DNA of 64,000 nt from Eledone cirrhosa. Taxonomy: Eukaryota. The position numbers and the translations under genes were made by a program. The stretch lies in assembly GCA_964016885.1 (NCBI GenBank), contig OZ024742.1, positions 56,916,001-56,980,000 of the forward strand. The letters are read 5' to 3'. The stretch's first letter is position 1; each line of letters opens with the position of its first letter. A model generated the notes under the pieces. It was not told the origin of the DNA. It did no database searches and saw only the letters and a list, made by a program, of their open reading frames with translations. Positions 1 to 12,098 of this stretch are shown one piece after another.

Positions 1-3000
1 CCTAACCCTTCCCACATAGAAAAATGAACAGCTCATGTCTGCATTTCCGGGATTCCACCAGGATTTGACATGTGGTGGCTCCTGGGATGCGTGATTGTGG
101 AGGGGACAGGTACCGTCCCGATAGAGGGAAGAACCAGGGAGGACTGGTCCGGGGTTAACCTGGAGATACTTCTCCAGATCACGCCCGAGGATGTAAAAAG
201 AATCTCAGACCACATCCGTCTCCACATCCGTATAATGACTGAAGTCAAAAGGCCGCATTGTTTCGTTTGCGGAAAAACAACCCATTTGCGATCCTTCTGC
301 CCTCAACCTTTGAAAAGTGCAAGGAGCAAAGGCCTCCACGGCTGCCGACACCGGGGCGAGGACCACCTACACCAGCACCTGAAAAACCACCAGCAACAAC
401 ACCAACGGAGACGCCACGACCAACATTGGCCACCCAGGGGAGGGGGGAGCTCTCCTATTCCCCCCAAAATACACACATGAGCAAAAACATAAACACGCAC
501 ACAGACACACTTACAGCCACAGATCCCTCATCTTCCAATAGTGAAGATGAGGAGAAACCAAAATCCCCAAAGAAACAAAAACGAAAACACACAAAGAAAA
601 AAACTCCACAAAGCACAAAAACACCCACAATAAAAAAAATACAGACATCACCCACGCAAACATATCCCCGAGAACACCAACACCATTAATACCATCGCCA
701 TCACCAGAATTCCATAAACGCAAACAACCTAAACAGACGCAAGAACAAATACACACACAAACAACTGAAACCACAGACACCGCACCTACAACAAACGCAG
801 ACACAACGAAAACAACACCAACAAAACCATCACCACCACAGTCACGCAAACAAATAAAACTGCACCAACAAAAGAAACAAAACATCGTGCTGGTCAGAAG
901 GGCCATCAAGGAATTGATGGCCCTCGTAGCACGAAGTAAAGAAATTCAAACAGAGGGGAAGATTTTTTAATCGAGTACATTTCGCGTGCCAGAAGATTTG
1001 TTTCTGATGCGAATGTCGCTCGATTCTTACAAAGGAATTCGAGAGAGCCTTCCTCAGGACGTGGGAACCCCGAACGTGAAATCTATATCGAGACTTTTAA
1101 AGGGGTTCCCAAAGGAAACACCACCAACCATGGAGGTCGAACCACCCGACCTTCACAAGACCCCGGGAGGTAAGTAAACCTTTCCTCTCTCTTTTAGCGT
1201 GCCAACATGGCCATATTAAGAGTAGGAAATTTAAATGTTCGAGGCCTGGGACCTCTCGGGAAGAAGGGTCGCCTGCTCAACGACCTCAGGTCTCTAGAAG
1301 TGGATGTAAGAGAGACCAGGATTTTCGACACGCGCGCAGTAGCCTCCATTTTCGATGACTATCAGATCATCGCATCTCTTAGTCGGTCGGGAATGAGAGG
1401 TGGGGTGCCAGTGCTGTCTAGGAAAGGCCTGGATCTCGAGGTAAGGTCGATCTTCCGGGGCCCGGACGGTAAATTGGTGGTCCTGGATGTGAACAATAGT
1501 GAAGGTGGTGCCTTTAGACTGGTGGCCGTCTACGCTCCTACCAGGGCCGGACAGCCGGACTTCTTTAGGCGCCTAGAAACCTTTCTGGGTACATCTGGGT
1601 GCTGGGCTAGAATGGCATCTTAGACGCACGCTGGGATTGTGTGGGAGTAGCTAATAGGGGCGGGTGGGTACAAAAGCCTCAAGTAACTGATCAGCCAGTT
1701 CCAACTGTCTGAGAGGTACCGACTAGATTTCCCTAATGCGCCAGTGTGGACCTGGACCAATCGCATAGGGTCATCTAGGTCGTATATAGACAGGATTTTC
1801 ATTAGGAAAATAGATAGAAATTGTGCAGGTTGTCCACGTTTTAAAACGGTCGCCTATTCAGACCACAAGTTTGTGATCTGTAATGGTCGACATAGATAAA
1901 ACGCGTAGGTTACTGGAAGCTGAAATGTGTAGCGCATAACGCTTACAGGGACCGGGTTAACAATTTAGCACATAACGCTTACAGGGACCCGGTTAACAAT
2001 TTAGTTAAGCAAGAGTTGACAGGGGGATCGTCAACAACGGGTGGTGGTGGTGTGGTGGTGGGGCTCTCAAAAGAGAAAAATAGAAAGGATGGGGACATGA
2101 TAGCTAAGTTAGACGAGGCTATTTGTAGTGGCATTGTAACTGACGTGGTAGCGGCGAGAATGGCATTAGACAATTTCTTCAATGCGAAGCACGAAGGTTG
2201 CATTGTCAGAGCTAAGGCACGTGCTCCGAGAAACGAGGGAACCAGAGCTGTTCGATGGGCCCGCGTGGGAGACGCACAGCGTGATAATAAACCCACAATT
2301 CGGCTTTGACAGACCGAAATGATCACGAGCTGAACGATTCCAGGCGGATGTGTGAGGCCTTTCGCCAGCACTTTGCTTGGCTATTCGCGGAGAGTGGGGG
2401 AGGCGGGGGCTGTAGCGGATTTCAGTCCCTACAACGTCTCTCGACAGCCGATGTTTAGCGCTGCGAAGACCGATAATTTCAGCCGTGATTCGGGATGCCC
2501 TAGTCGGCTGCTCGAGGCGCAAGTCACCTGGTTTGGATGGTTTGCTTTACGATCTTTACGTAGTTATGCCAGACTAGTTCTCCAATCTCCTCGAAGTGCT
2601 CTACTGCAACTGCCAGCAGACTAAGTCCATACACGACAACCTCCACCTCTTGCGTTACATCATAGAGAGGGTAGGATGTAGACATGGTTTCCGTGGGGCT
2701 CTGATCAATTCAGATCAATGGAAAGCTTTCGATAGGGTTGACCATCGATACCTGGAGGCTGTCCTCAAGTCAGCTGGCTTCGGTTCCGTCTTCAGCGGCT
2801 TGATCACTGCAATGCACAGCGGCATCTGTTCGGTGGTCAAAGTTAATAATGGTCATCTTTCGGAACCGTTTCAGATCTCCCGATCGGTCCGTCAAGAGCA
2901 CACACTCTTCTCCCTTCTGTACGTATTGACACTCGAGCCTTTATTGCGGATCTCGAGCAGACGGACTTGTCCGATATGCGAGCAGAGTGGCGAAACCGTT

Positions 3001-3485
3001 CTGCGCGCACTTGTCCTGTGTCCGTGCATTGCTGACTTGTCGTGTTATGTCAAACAGCTGTTGTCGCGTGTAGAACGGATCCGGCTATCGGCGAAAGAGG
3101 TTGTATGTTGGACCTGGCTGAAAGGACTGAAGACAGATACTTTTCTCTTCGGCGAATCCCTCATCGACTTTTTCGAGTTTAACTTGGAAAGGAAGATGAG
3201 GGTGGAGAGAGAAGTGCAACCCCAGTATATTTGCGGGTTGATTTGATCCGGGTGCCCTCGAAGCGTCGGGTGGTTCAGGATTGGTGGAGTACCTGAGTCG
3301 CCCCTGGGTGGTTATCCCCCTCATTGGGGAACTCTGTTGTTTGTAATTTTCTTGTTTATTGTTATTGTTTTCAATTTTTTTTACTCGTTTGTTTTTACCC
3401 GTCTATTGTATTGTCCCCTATATGTCGGTCCTTGTGGCCAGTAAATGAAACAATCATTATTATTATTATTTTTATTATTATTATT
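1..3485 (+). mobile_element. Decayed Tx1/L1-clade non-LTR retrotransposon (ORF1 zinc knuckle, ORF2 APE endonuclease + RT, internal deletions)
   Basis: ORF1 remnant has CFVCGKTTHLRSFC (CCHC knuckle). ORF2 starts at 1207 with the APE motif LNVRGL...ETR and continues VAVYAP...SDHK. RT piece SIHDNLHLLR...DQWKAFDRVDH at 2596-3246. Ends in an (ATT)n tail at ~3455-3485. Multiple stops/frameshifts; 5' end lies outside the window. Confidence 0.88.
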
Positions 3486-3495
3486 GTTTTTTGAG

Positions 3496-3720
3496 TGCGG
3501 TGGATTGGCAGAATCGGTAGAGCGCCTGACAACATGCTTTGCAACATAGATTTATGGCCCTTTACGTTCTGAGTTCAAATCCCGCCGAGGTTAGCTTTCC
3601 TTTTCATCCTTACGGGATCGATAAATAAAGCACCAGTAATACACTGGGGTCGATCTAATCTACTTTCCTCTCCCCTTCAAATTGCTGGCCTTGTGCTTAA
3701 AGTAGAAACAATTATTATTA
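3496..3720 (+). mobile_element. tRNA-derived SINE, family S1, full-length copy
   Basis: A-box-like TGGCAGAATCGG, B-box GAGTTCAAATCCC, central core CCTTTTCATCCTTACGGGATCGATAAATAAAGCACCAG (resembles the Meta-SINE core from memory), tail AGAAACAATTATT. Many other copies in the window. Confidence 0.9.
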
Positions 3721-3790
3721 TTGTTGTTGTTATTGTTACAAGATTACACTTCAACACGAATGGCAGGCATGGAATCAAGAAAGCAAGTAA

Positions 3791-4715
3791 GTGTGTCTAA
3801 GATGCCGTTCCAGTTCCCCGCTAACAGTAAAGGGTGAGATGTTCCCAGTAAGGCTTCCAGGCACCTAAAGGAGTCAGACCGTCCGGCCCCGGCCGGTGTG
3901 TAGACGGGCCACAAGTCAAACAGCACCACATCGCTATAGTTTACGTCCAGGACCGCCAGTTTACCGTCCGAATCCCGGAAGTTCAACCTTACCTCGAGAT
4001 CCAGGCCTTTCTTAAACAGTACTCCCACCCTATCTCCCCTTCCCAGCCGACTAAGAAACTCAAATAAAACGAGGGCTAGTACGCACGTGTCAGAAATCCT
4101 GGTCTCGCAGAAGACAATCACTTCCATATCTAGTGCCCTGAAGTCGTTTAACGGGTGACCCTGCTTCCAGAATGACCCCAGGCCACGACATTTAAACATC
4201 CTATTCTTCGGATGGCCATGTTGGCAGGCTAAAAGATAGAGGAAATGTTTACTTAGCTCCCGGGGGTGCTTGTGGAGGTAGGGTGGTTCGACCTCCATAG
4301 TTGGTGGTGTTTACTTTGGGAACTCTTTTAAAAGTCTTGATGTGGATTTCGTATTCGTGGTTCCCACGTCCCGAGCAAGTTCTTCCTAATCACTTCGTAT
4401 GCATCGAACGACATACGTACCATCATTACATTCTCAGGTCCGCGAAATATGTTGGTGCCAAATATTTCCCCCTCTATTTCTATGTCTTTCCTTCGTGCTA
4501 TCAGGGTCATCCAAGCTTTGTTGGCCCATCTTATTAGAAAGAAGTTATTTCGTTGACGGTCGTGTTGGTGTTTTTGTGAAAGTGTTTCTATTTGACCTGT
4601 ATGTGGTGTCTGCATTTTCTGTTGTGAGCGTATATGTAATGTGTGGAGTTTTTTTGGCGCCTTCTTTTTTTTTTTTTTTTTTTTTTTGGCTTTTGGTTTT
4701 GGCTCGTCTTCGCAA
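3791..4715 (-). mobile_element. Second, inverted fragment of the same Tx1/L1-like family (ORF1 end to APE domain)
   Basis: Translation KGLDLEVRLNFRDSDGKLAVLDVN matches KGLDLEVRSIFRGPDGKLVVLDVN in the first copy; homologous to ~540-1628. Confidence 0.88.
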
Positions 4716-4924
4716 CTTATTGTAATTGATGTAAATGAATGTAAAATGAAATACAGCGATGTGGAAAGAAGGAGAAGATCAAGGAAAATTGAGGATTCAT
4801 GTATCTTTATATACAATGTTGTATTCAAGAAATCATTAAATAATTTTTACTACAAACCATATAATCTAAGACAAGTACTATGCTAATATATATACATATA
4901 TACGCGCACACACACGCATGCATG

Positions 4925-5043
<119 letters not shown>

Positions 5044-5311
5044 AGATGATGATGAATGAATGAAAATAAAGTAGAAAATGAAACTATTATGAAAACTGAT
5101 TAGGAAATGAGGTGAAATGTTAGAATTAAAACTCTAATTTCCAATTAAATCTACTAAATGAAGAATAATTTCCATTCTAATGACTATGTAAATAATTCCA
5201 CAGACATATCGGTCCATTATTCCCAGACAGCAGAAGAATTGCTGTCTTCATTACCATAGAATGAAAAATATTTCACTGAAAACACTGACTTGTTATCCAA
5301 AACACAATCAT

Positions 5312-5312
5312 C

Positions 5313-5366
<54 letters not shown>

Positions 5367-5379
5367 CAGTAGCAGTAGC

Positions 5380-5430
<51 letters not shown>

Positions 5431-5519
5431 GGTGGTGGTGGTGTTGTTGGTGGTGCTGGTGCTGGTGTTGCTAGTAGTAGTAGTAGTAGTAGTAGGTGGT
5501 GCTGGTGGTGCTGGTGTTG

Positions 5520-5556
<37 letters not shown>

Positions 5557-5578
5557 GTGGTGCTGGTGGTGCTGGTGT

Positions 5579-5623
<45 letters not shown>

Positions 5624-5638
5624 GTGGTGGTGGTGGTG
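5312..5638. repeat. Compound (AGT)n/(GGT)n microsatellite
   Basis: Direct reading; source of the poly-Val/Ser ORFs. Confidence 0.98.
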
Positions 5639-5849
5639 ATATTATTATTGCTGTTTTAGGAGAAGCAGCCGTACTAAAGTGGAAGTTGCGTATTTATATT
5701 AACAGTTTAATTCAAGTCCTCACTACCAGCAGTTTCAATACGGAAAGACGTCTAAATCATCAGGAGCATTTGAGAAATGTACCTAATGATTCCGTCGGAA
5801 AACTGCTGGTAGTGAGGGGCTGAGTCAAAATGTTATGTGTGTATGTAAG

Positions 5850-6130
5850 TCTAAAGTCTGTCTTAAGCCAGAAGGCTCATTTGGCCGGTGCTTATCCCGG
5901 TTTCATGGCGTGAAGCGACTGAGAGTACACGACTCTCCATGGACAAGGCGCTAATCCATTGCAGTGTTAAACCCCCAGCTATTGCTGGTATTCATTTTCA
6001 ACTAGAGCAGCGTGAAATGAAGTGTTTTGCTCAAGAAACCCAGGAATCAAATCTACGTAACCCAGGAATCAAATCCACGTAACCCAGGAATCAAATCTAC
6101 GACATTATGATCGTAAACCCGACACCTCTA
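5850..6130 (-). mobile_element. tRNA-derived SINE, family S2 (V/CORE-like centre), with an internal 22-bp triplication
   Basis: Minus strand TTCTTGAGCAAAACACTTCATTTCACGCTGCTCTAG. Related copies at ~42010-42152 and ~58860-59750. CCCAGGAATCAAATCYACGTAA x3 at ~6039-6100. Confidence 0.6.
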
Positions 6131-6137
6131 TGTATGC

Positions 6138-6189
<52 letters not shown>

Positions 6190-6191
<2 letters not shown>

Positions 6192-6795
6192 GGTGGCTGC
6201 CAACTCGTTTTCGAGTACGGCCACTACTTTATATCCATGTAGGAGAACCCCTACCGATGCGCTGAACGAGTGTGACTTTTTAATCCACCCAGCGACTTGA
6301 AAACTCTGGTACAAACACTACACTTGTGACAATTATTGTCACATAGTGCTGGGCCCATGGTAGCATGCGATGACAAGGGCAGAGAGATCTCCAGATATAA
6401 AGCAATGCCTGTGCCGTGAAGCTTTTATAGTGAGCAAAGGCACTGCACAAAGCCAGTCCCACTCTCTTAACCAAGATGATATTTACCAAAAAGAAGAACA
6501 AGTCAACATCATTGGATACCATCAGGGTTGCAGGTGTTATATCAGAGTTTTCCTTCTCCTAGAATTCTGCCTTGACAAAGGCTAAGGGGTCATCTCTCCC
6601 GGTGATTTTGGATGGCCATTGACTCTCAAGAGCTCCTTTGCCCTTTGACAGGTTTTGTTTTTAGTCCTGCAGGATGTCCAAAGTCACCCTCCTCACCAAG
6701 AAACCTGGGGTTGCCAGTTTAGTCGCCAACGACCCAACCATGAGACAGGTTGTACTGGGATATATGTTACCAGTAGCACCAACTGGTGACCTGAC
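6190..6795 (-). mobile_element. ~600-bp non-autonomous RTE derivative (RTE 5' UTR + RTE 3' end), copy 1
   Basis: Near-identical copies at 20044, 52421, 53053 and 54884. Minus strand carries the RTE 5'-UTR motif CTAGGAGAAGGAAAACTCTGA. The 3' end encodes a C2H2 remnant ([20 protein letters not shown]-like), like the C-terminus of the RTE at 44546. Confidence 0.8.
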
Positions 6796-6824
6796 ATATA
6801 TATACATACACACGTACATACATA

Positions 6825-6959
6825 CATGGGGCTGCAAAAGTAGGTATACTGTAATAAAAAACGAAACATGTGCACAAACGTATTGTATTGATTATACAAA
6901 CATCAATAATAACATATCAATACTAATCCTTACTGTATACCTATTTTTGCAGCCCCTTG
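6825..6959. mobile_element. 135-bp Tc1/mariner-type MITE
   Basis: ~29-bp TIRs CATGGGGCTGCAAAAGTAGGTATACTGTA / TACTGTATACCTATTTTTGCAGCCCCTTG flanked by TA. Confidence 0.85.
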
Positions 6960-7456
6960 TATATATCAAAGGTAAAAATATAACTGTATTTGCATGCAGA
7001 GAGCTATATAGGAAAATAAATGATTACCAAATATTTTTTATACAAAGCTTTATGTGTTTATGTAGTTACAGATGGAAGATATGAAAGTTATTCTTAAGGT
7101 AAAAGTTACAGAAAGACAGACGTAAACACAAAAGAAAAGATAACATTAAGATTTTATCTCATCTGCTTTACAATTTTTTCAGCATTACTACCGATTAATA
7201 CAGAGTTAGGCAAAATTCAAGAAATTGAATAAAATTGTGTACAGCATGTATATAAAAGCAAATTAAGCAAAGAATAAAACAAAAACAAAATATGTTACGA
7301 GGTCAAGCCCTATAGGGCAAGATGCAGTCTATTGGATGTTACATTTCAATATTGTCATCAAAAGAATTTCACGCTGGAATTCTAAGTAGTTTTGTTTTTA
7401 ATCGGGAGTTATGCCAAAACAATTGTAAAATATTAAAGAGATCCGATCTTTAGTCT

Positions 7457-7546
<90 letters not shown>

Positions 7547-7550
7547 AATG

Positions 7551-7581
<31 letters not shown>

Positions 7582-7623
7582 GTGTGTGTGTGTATGTATG
7601 TGTGTGTGTATATATATATACGT

Positions 7624-8225
7624 ATGGTTGCCGAACACTGTACGGCTAATAATTCGGGCTGTTTGTTTACAAACAAACTGAGCATCATAATAAATGTTCG
7701 GTAAACCCATACGTACATATATATATATATGTGCATGTATGTATATACATACTACTGTACGTCTGTATACATATATGTATGTACGTATACATACTTACAT
7801 TTAAGTATCAGCCGTACTAAGAGTGAGAAATGAAATTTCATTTTTTCCATTTATCGTTTTCAGTGCGCCCGGCCGATTAACTCACTCCATATGCAAATTA
7901 TGCTGCTCAGCCATTAATATGCATAAGGAAAGTATATACTTTCAAACGTTCAATCAACTGACAGGAAGGTATACGGTGCTGATGACAGCTAATAAGCTAG
8001 AAACTAGTTCATTGTTCCTTTGTCAGTGTTGAACAAATAGGGCAGCGATGGTTGCCGAACACTGTACGGCTAATAATTCCGGCTGTTTGTTTACAAACAA
8101 ACCGAGCATTATAATAAATGTTCGGTAAACCCATACGTACATATATATATATATATATGTGTGCATGTATGTATTTACATACTACTGTTCGTCTGTATAC
8201 ATATATGTATGTATGTATACATACT

Positions 8226-8230
<5 letters not shown>
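7624..8230 (+). mobile_element. Hammerhead-containing non-coding element with ~180-bp terminal direct repeats (retrozyme-like, 424-nt unit)
   Basis: 7624-7800 is repeated at 8048-8230; a single hammerhead lies between the repeats; (TA)n on both sides. Confidence 0.72.
7974..8014 (+). ncRNA. Type I hammerhead ribozyme (intact core)
   Basis: cggtg CTGATGA c agct aata agct a GAAA ctag TT cattg; palindromic stem III ACTAGT; stem I extends to ~7948/8034 (ACTGACA/TGTCAGT, GTTCAA/TTGAAC). Confidence 0.82.
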
Positions 8231-8285
<55 letters not shown>

Positions 8286-8288
8286 TAT

Positions 8289-9264
8289 ATAGGAAAATGT
8301 TAAACCCCGACAGCATTGGAAACCCCAGCTTACATAGGTAGATGTACTTCTTTTCTTTTTCCCTTTATCTCTCCTTTTCACTTCCTTCTACTCCTTCTCC
8401 CCATTCTTTTCCTTTTTCCTATTTTGCCCACCCTGAGGCAGTCCATTGGGCTTTTGTAGCCTCAGTATCCCCACCCAGTAATTCTATATAGCATTGGCCG
8501 AAAATGCAATACCAGCTAAAAATATAGCAGCTGCTTTAGACTCTAGAGATTTTTTATTATTGGATTGGCAGTATCGGTAGAGGGTCGGACGCCATGCTTT
8601 GACGCATAGAGTTACGGCCCTTGCCATTCTGAGTTCAAATCCCGCCGAGGTTAATTTTGCCTTTCATCCTTACGGGGTCGATAAAATAAAGTACCAGTAA
8701 TGTACTGGGTAATTTCTGGCCTTGTGCCAATAGTAGAAACAATTATTTAATTTTTTATTGTTTTTATTATTTTTTTTATTTAGTATCTTTTAATCTCAAT
8801 CTATTAACCTTTTAATTCTATAACGTCCCACTCTCAAATTCCCCCAGAATCCTTTTCGCCTGCTTTCTACCTAACCTAATTCCATTTACAATCCTTAGAA
8901 TTTGCTGTATAGAATTCACTTTCAACGCTTGGCCGGCTCCACCCATTCCCTCATTGTTCTACAGGCAAGTTCAGCCACCCCCACCTACCACCTACCACCA
9001 AGAAATACTTAATTGTGTTTACAAGAAATTTTGACCAATCCTTTTGACAACTACAATCTTCCCATATAAGGAATTACCCCTTAAAAAGTTCGGCTATTTA
9101 TTACCACGCTAAAAACTCTAATTTAGTTGTTCAGAAATAGCCGTCGAAACGGCTTGAGCTCTGCCGTCGGGGTTTAACATTTTCCTATTACCCACTCTAC
9201 TACCCTAAGTATTGAGTACTCTGCTGTGTTATGGTCCATCTGGTTCCTTACCACACTTCCTTCG
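8289..9264 (+). mobile_element. PLE-type terminal module with inverted end and decayed hammerhead; interrupted by an S1 SINE
   Basis: 27-bp inverted repeat 8289-8315/9162-9188. Hammerhead fold at 9076-9173 with the core decayed to TTAAAAA. The 3' ~85 bp is shared with 21495-21622 and 35456-35652. Confidence 0.65.
8561..8745 (+). mobile_element. S1 SINE
   Basis: A/B boxes, core and AGAAACAATTATT tail. Confidence 0.9.
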
Positions 9265-9279
9265 TTATATACATATATA

Positions 9280-9362
<83 letters not shown>

Positions 9363-9372
9363 TATAAATATA

Positions 9373-9431
<59 letters not shown>

Positions 9432-9464
9432 AGATCAAAAGAAGGTCAAAGGAGTTCCATGCAC

Positions 9465-9529
9465 TTTATTATGCGCATTTCAAAAACAAACATCATCATG
9501 CAATAATATTTGTGTTTTCATCAGACAAA
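9465..9529 (-). ncRNA. Type I hammerhead ribozyme (intact core, ~15-bp stem II)
   Basis: Minus strand: tttgt CTGATGA aaacacaaatattatt gcat gatgatgtttgttttt GAAA tgcgca TA ataaa; palindromic stem III ATGCGCAT. Confidence 0.8.
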
Positions 9530-9736
9530 ACAGGAGAACATGACATGAAGGCCAAAAAACACTTGCGGACAGTGCAGTTTTAAATCAACATATTATGTAT
9601 ACTCCAGTCCTACAAACTGTAGAGTACTTCTTATCCGATATCTGCATTGCTTTATTGTACTACAATAAAACTCACCTCCTACATATATATATATATATAT
9701 ATATACATATATATACATATACATATATATATATAC

Positions 9737-9849
<113 letters not shown>

Positions 9850-9851
9850 TA

Positions 9852-9915
<64 letters not shown>

Positions 9916-9994
9916 CTGAGTACAAATCGTTTTTAATTCCCTCCTCTTCTCACTCTCTTTCTATCTATTTTATCTTTTATTTCTCATTATTTTA

Positions 9995-10030
9995 TCTTCT
10001 GATGAAAGACTTATGTCCGAAACGTAAAGA
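9995..10030 (+). ncRNA. Minimal type I hammerhead ribozyme (PLE pLTR type)
   Basis: tctt CTGATGA aagac ttat gtcc GAAA cg TA aaga; palindromic ACGT stem III; one stem II mismatch. Confidence 0.8.
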
Positions 10031-10711
10031 CTCTTTTCTTACTATATCAAGCATAAAAGTAATATATTTCTTATTTCTACTGTATTGTCTGCTTTGTTGT
10101 TTCCGTTTACATTTTTCATATATGTATATATATATGTTACTTTACCAGTTTCTGTTGTTCTCATTGTGGATGTTTTGTATTGATGATGATGTTGTTGATG
10201 TTAATACTGCTCTTGTTGCTGTTGTTATTCAAGTAAGAGTCTAAAGGTGAGTTATTGCAGGCAGGTGTCTCGGTCAGTGATCTATACACAGAAGCTAAAT
10301 GTTTGTTATCTAGGCTGTCTTTGCTGTTACATCAAACGTGTTTGTCTCTACTATTGATAATATTTGAGGTAGAAATGTGTTATTGTACTTTATTGTTGTT
10401 ATTACCGGCGACGTCGTTGTTGTTGTGTAGCCCCAGGTCACCCCTAATCATATATATTTCCAGTCGTGTCAACCAGTCTTTTATTCTGATTATATTATCT
10501 CAAGGGGTATATTATCGTTATTATTCCGACATGGTGTATCTAAGAATGCATTACCCAGTTGTGTTCATTGTTATTGTTGTGGTGCTTATTGGTGTTACTG
10601 CTGCTAATTAATTTTTCTTCTTCTTTTACAGCTTTCACATGATGGTGGAGGTGGTGATGTTAGTGGATGGGATGAGAGAGAGAGAGAAAGAGAGAGAGAG
10701 AGGGTGAGAGA

Positions 10712-10796
<85 letters not shown>

Positions 10797-11112
10797 GAAT
10801 CCAAGTCAGTGTTGCAGCATATGTACAAACTTTATTGGCATATTACAATTGTGCCGACATCGATCTGCTCAGGGAACAATCTTAATAATGGGGGCCGACT
10901 CTTTTTGGACATCTTCTCAGATATTCGAGTACATATGTGTACACATCTAAACTGTTGACAGAGGTCCCGGGTTCCTTTTATATATACTTATTAATGGGAT
11001 TTAGGAGTGGGGGAGGGAGTAGGTAAATGAATAACTGTAGATTTATATTTAAAGACCACAGGGAGGGTAAAAGATAAAATTAAAAAAGATAATAAAGGAT
11101 AAAAGATAAATA

Positions 11113-11390
11113 ATTGTTTCTACTATTGGCACAATGCCAGCAAATTACCCAGTACATTACTGGTACTTTATTTTATCAACCCCGTCAGGATAAAAGGCAA
11201 AGTTAACCTCGAGGGTAAAAGATAAAATTAAAAAAAATAATAAAGGATAAAAGATAAATAATTGTTTCTTATATAGGCACAAGGCTAGCAATTTGGGAAG
11301 AGGGGAAAGTTGATTAAATCGACCCCAGTGTATTACTGGTACTTTATTTTATCGACCCCGTAAGGATGAAAGGCAAAGTCAACCTCGGCA
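11113..11390 (-). mobile_element. Two tandem 5'-truncated S1 SINEs separated by a ~52-bp duplication
   Basis: Reverse-complement S1 cores at ~11113-11210 and ~11260-11390; 11063-11114 is repeated at 11211-11262. Confidence 0.8.
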
Positions 11391-11763
11391 ATAATAATAA
11401 TAGGGGAAAAAGTTGATTGGTGGATAAATGTAAAGGGGATAGAAAAGAAGAGAGATAAAATGGGATGAAGACAAAACTAAGGCATGGTAAGGCATGATAA
11501 TCAAAAAAGTTTGGAATAGTAATTGAAAAGTGTAGAGAATACATCGGCACCAGCAACAACAACAACATCTATAACCACAATCGCCATACCGAGGTCAGCA
11601 ATGATGGCATTTACAATGGCAACGATATCGTCATCCACTGGGTTCATGGCTCATACAGGTGGTTTAAGGCCAGCTATTTGTCTATGGGGACAGGTGGGGT
11701 TATTTGTGTTGGTGTGAGGTTAGACATTATGGGAGGGTTGGTATTAGCATTGACAACGAGAAT

Positions 11764-11953
11764 AGTAGCATCATCATCATCAACAACTACGGTACCGGGA
11801 GCAATAACCCAGTTTCTGCCAAACTAATGTTATTTACGCCTAGAACACTCATCATTATATGTCGATAAGTGTTCTAGGCGTAAATAACATTAGTTTGGCA
11901 GAAACTGGGTTATTGCTCTCGGTACCGTAGTTGTTGATGATGATGATGCTACT
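11764..11953. repeat. 90-bp-arm near-perfect inverted repeat with 10-nt spacer
   Basis: 11764-11853 is the reverse complement of 11864-11953 with 2 differences. Confidence 0.95.
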
Positions 11954-11956
11954 GAT

Positions 11957-12098
11957 CTGAGTTCAAATCCCGCTGAGGTTAGCTTTGTCTTTCATCCTTA
12001 CGGGGTCGATAAATAAAGTACCAGTAATGCACTAGGCTTGATTTAATCGATTTTTCCTTCTCCCCAAATTGCTGGCTTTGTGGCTAAAGTAGAAACAT
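11957..12098 (+). mobile_element. 5'-truncated S1 SINE
   Basis: Starts at the B-box; core and tail present. Confidence 0.88.

Noticed and set aside
1-10. CCTAACCCT telomere-like start
   Set aside because: Single partial unit inside LINE ORF1 sequence; no tandem array.
3496-3590. tRNA gene
   Set aside because: A/B boxes belong to the SINE head; no complete cloverleaf, and the sequence continues into the SINE core.
6280-6585. Repeated 70-80-aa ORFs in the 600-bp element
   Set aside because: Recur only because the repeat copies are near-identical; not preserved in the diverged relatives at 34928 and 52030.
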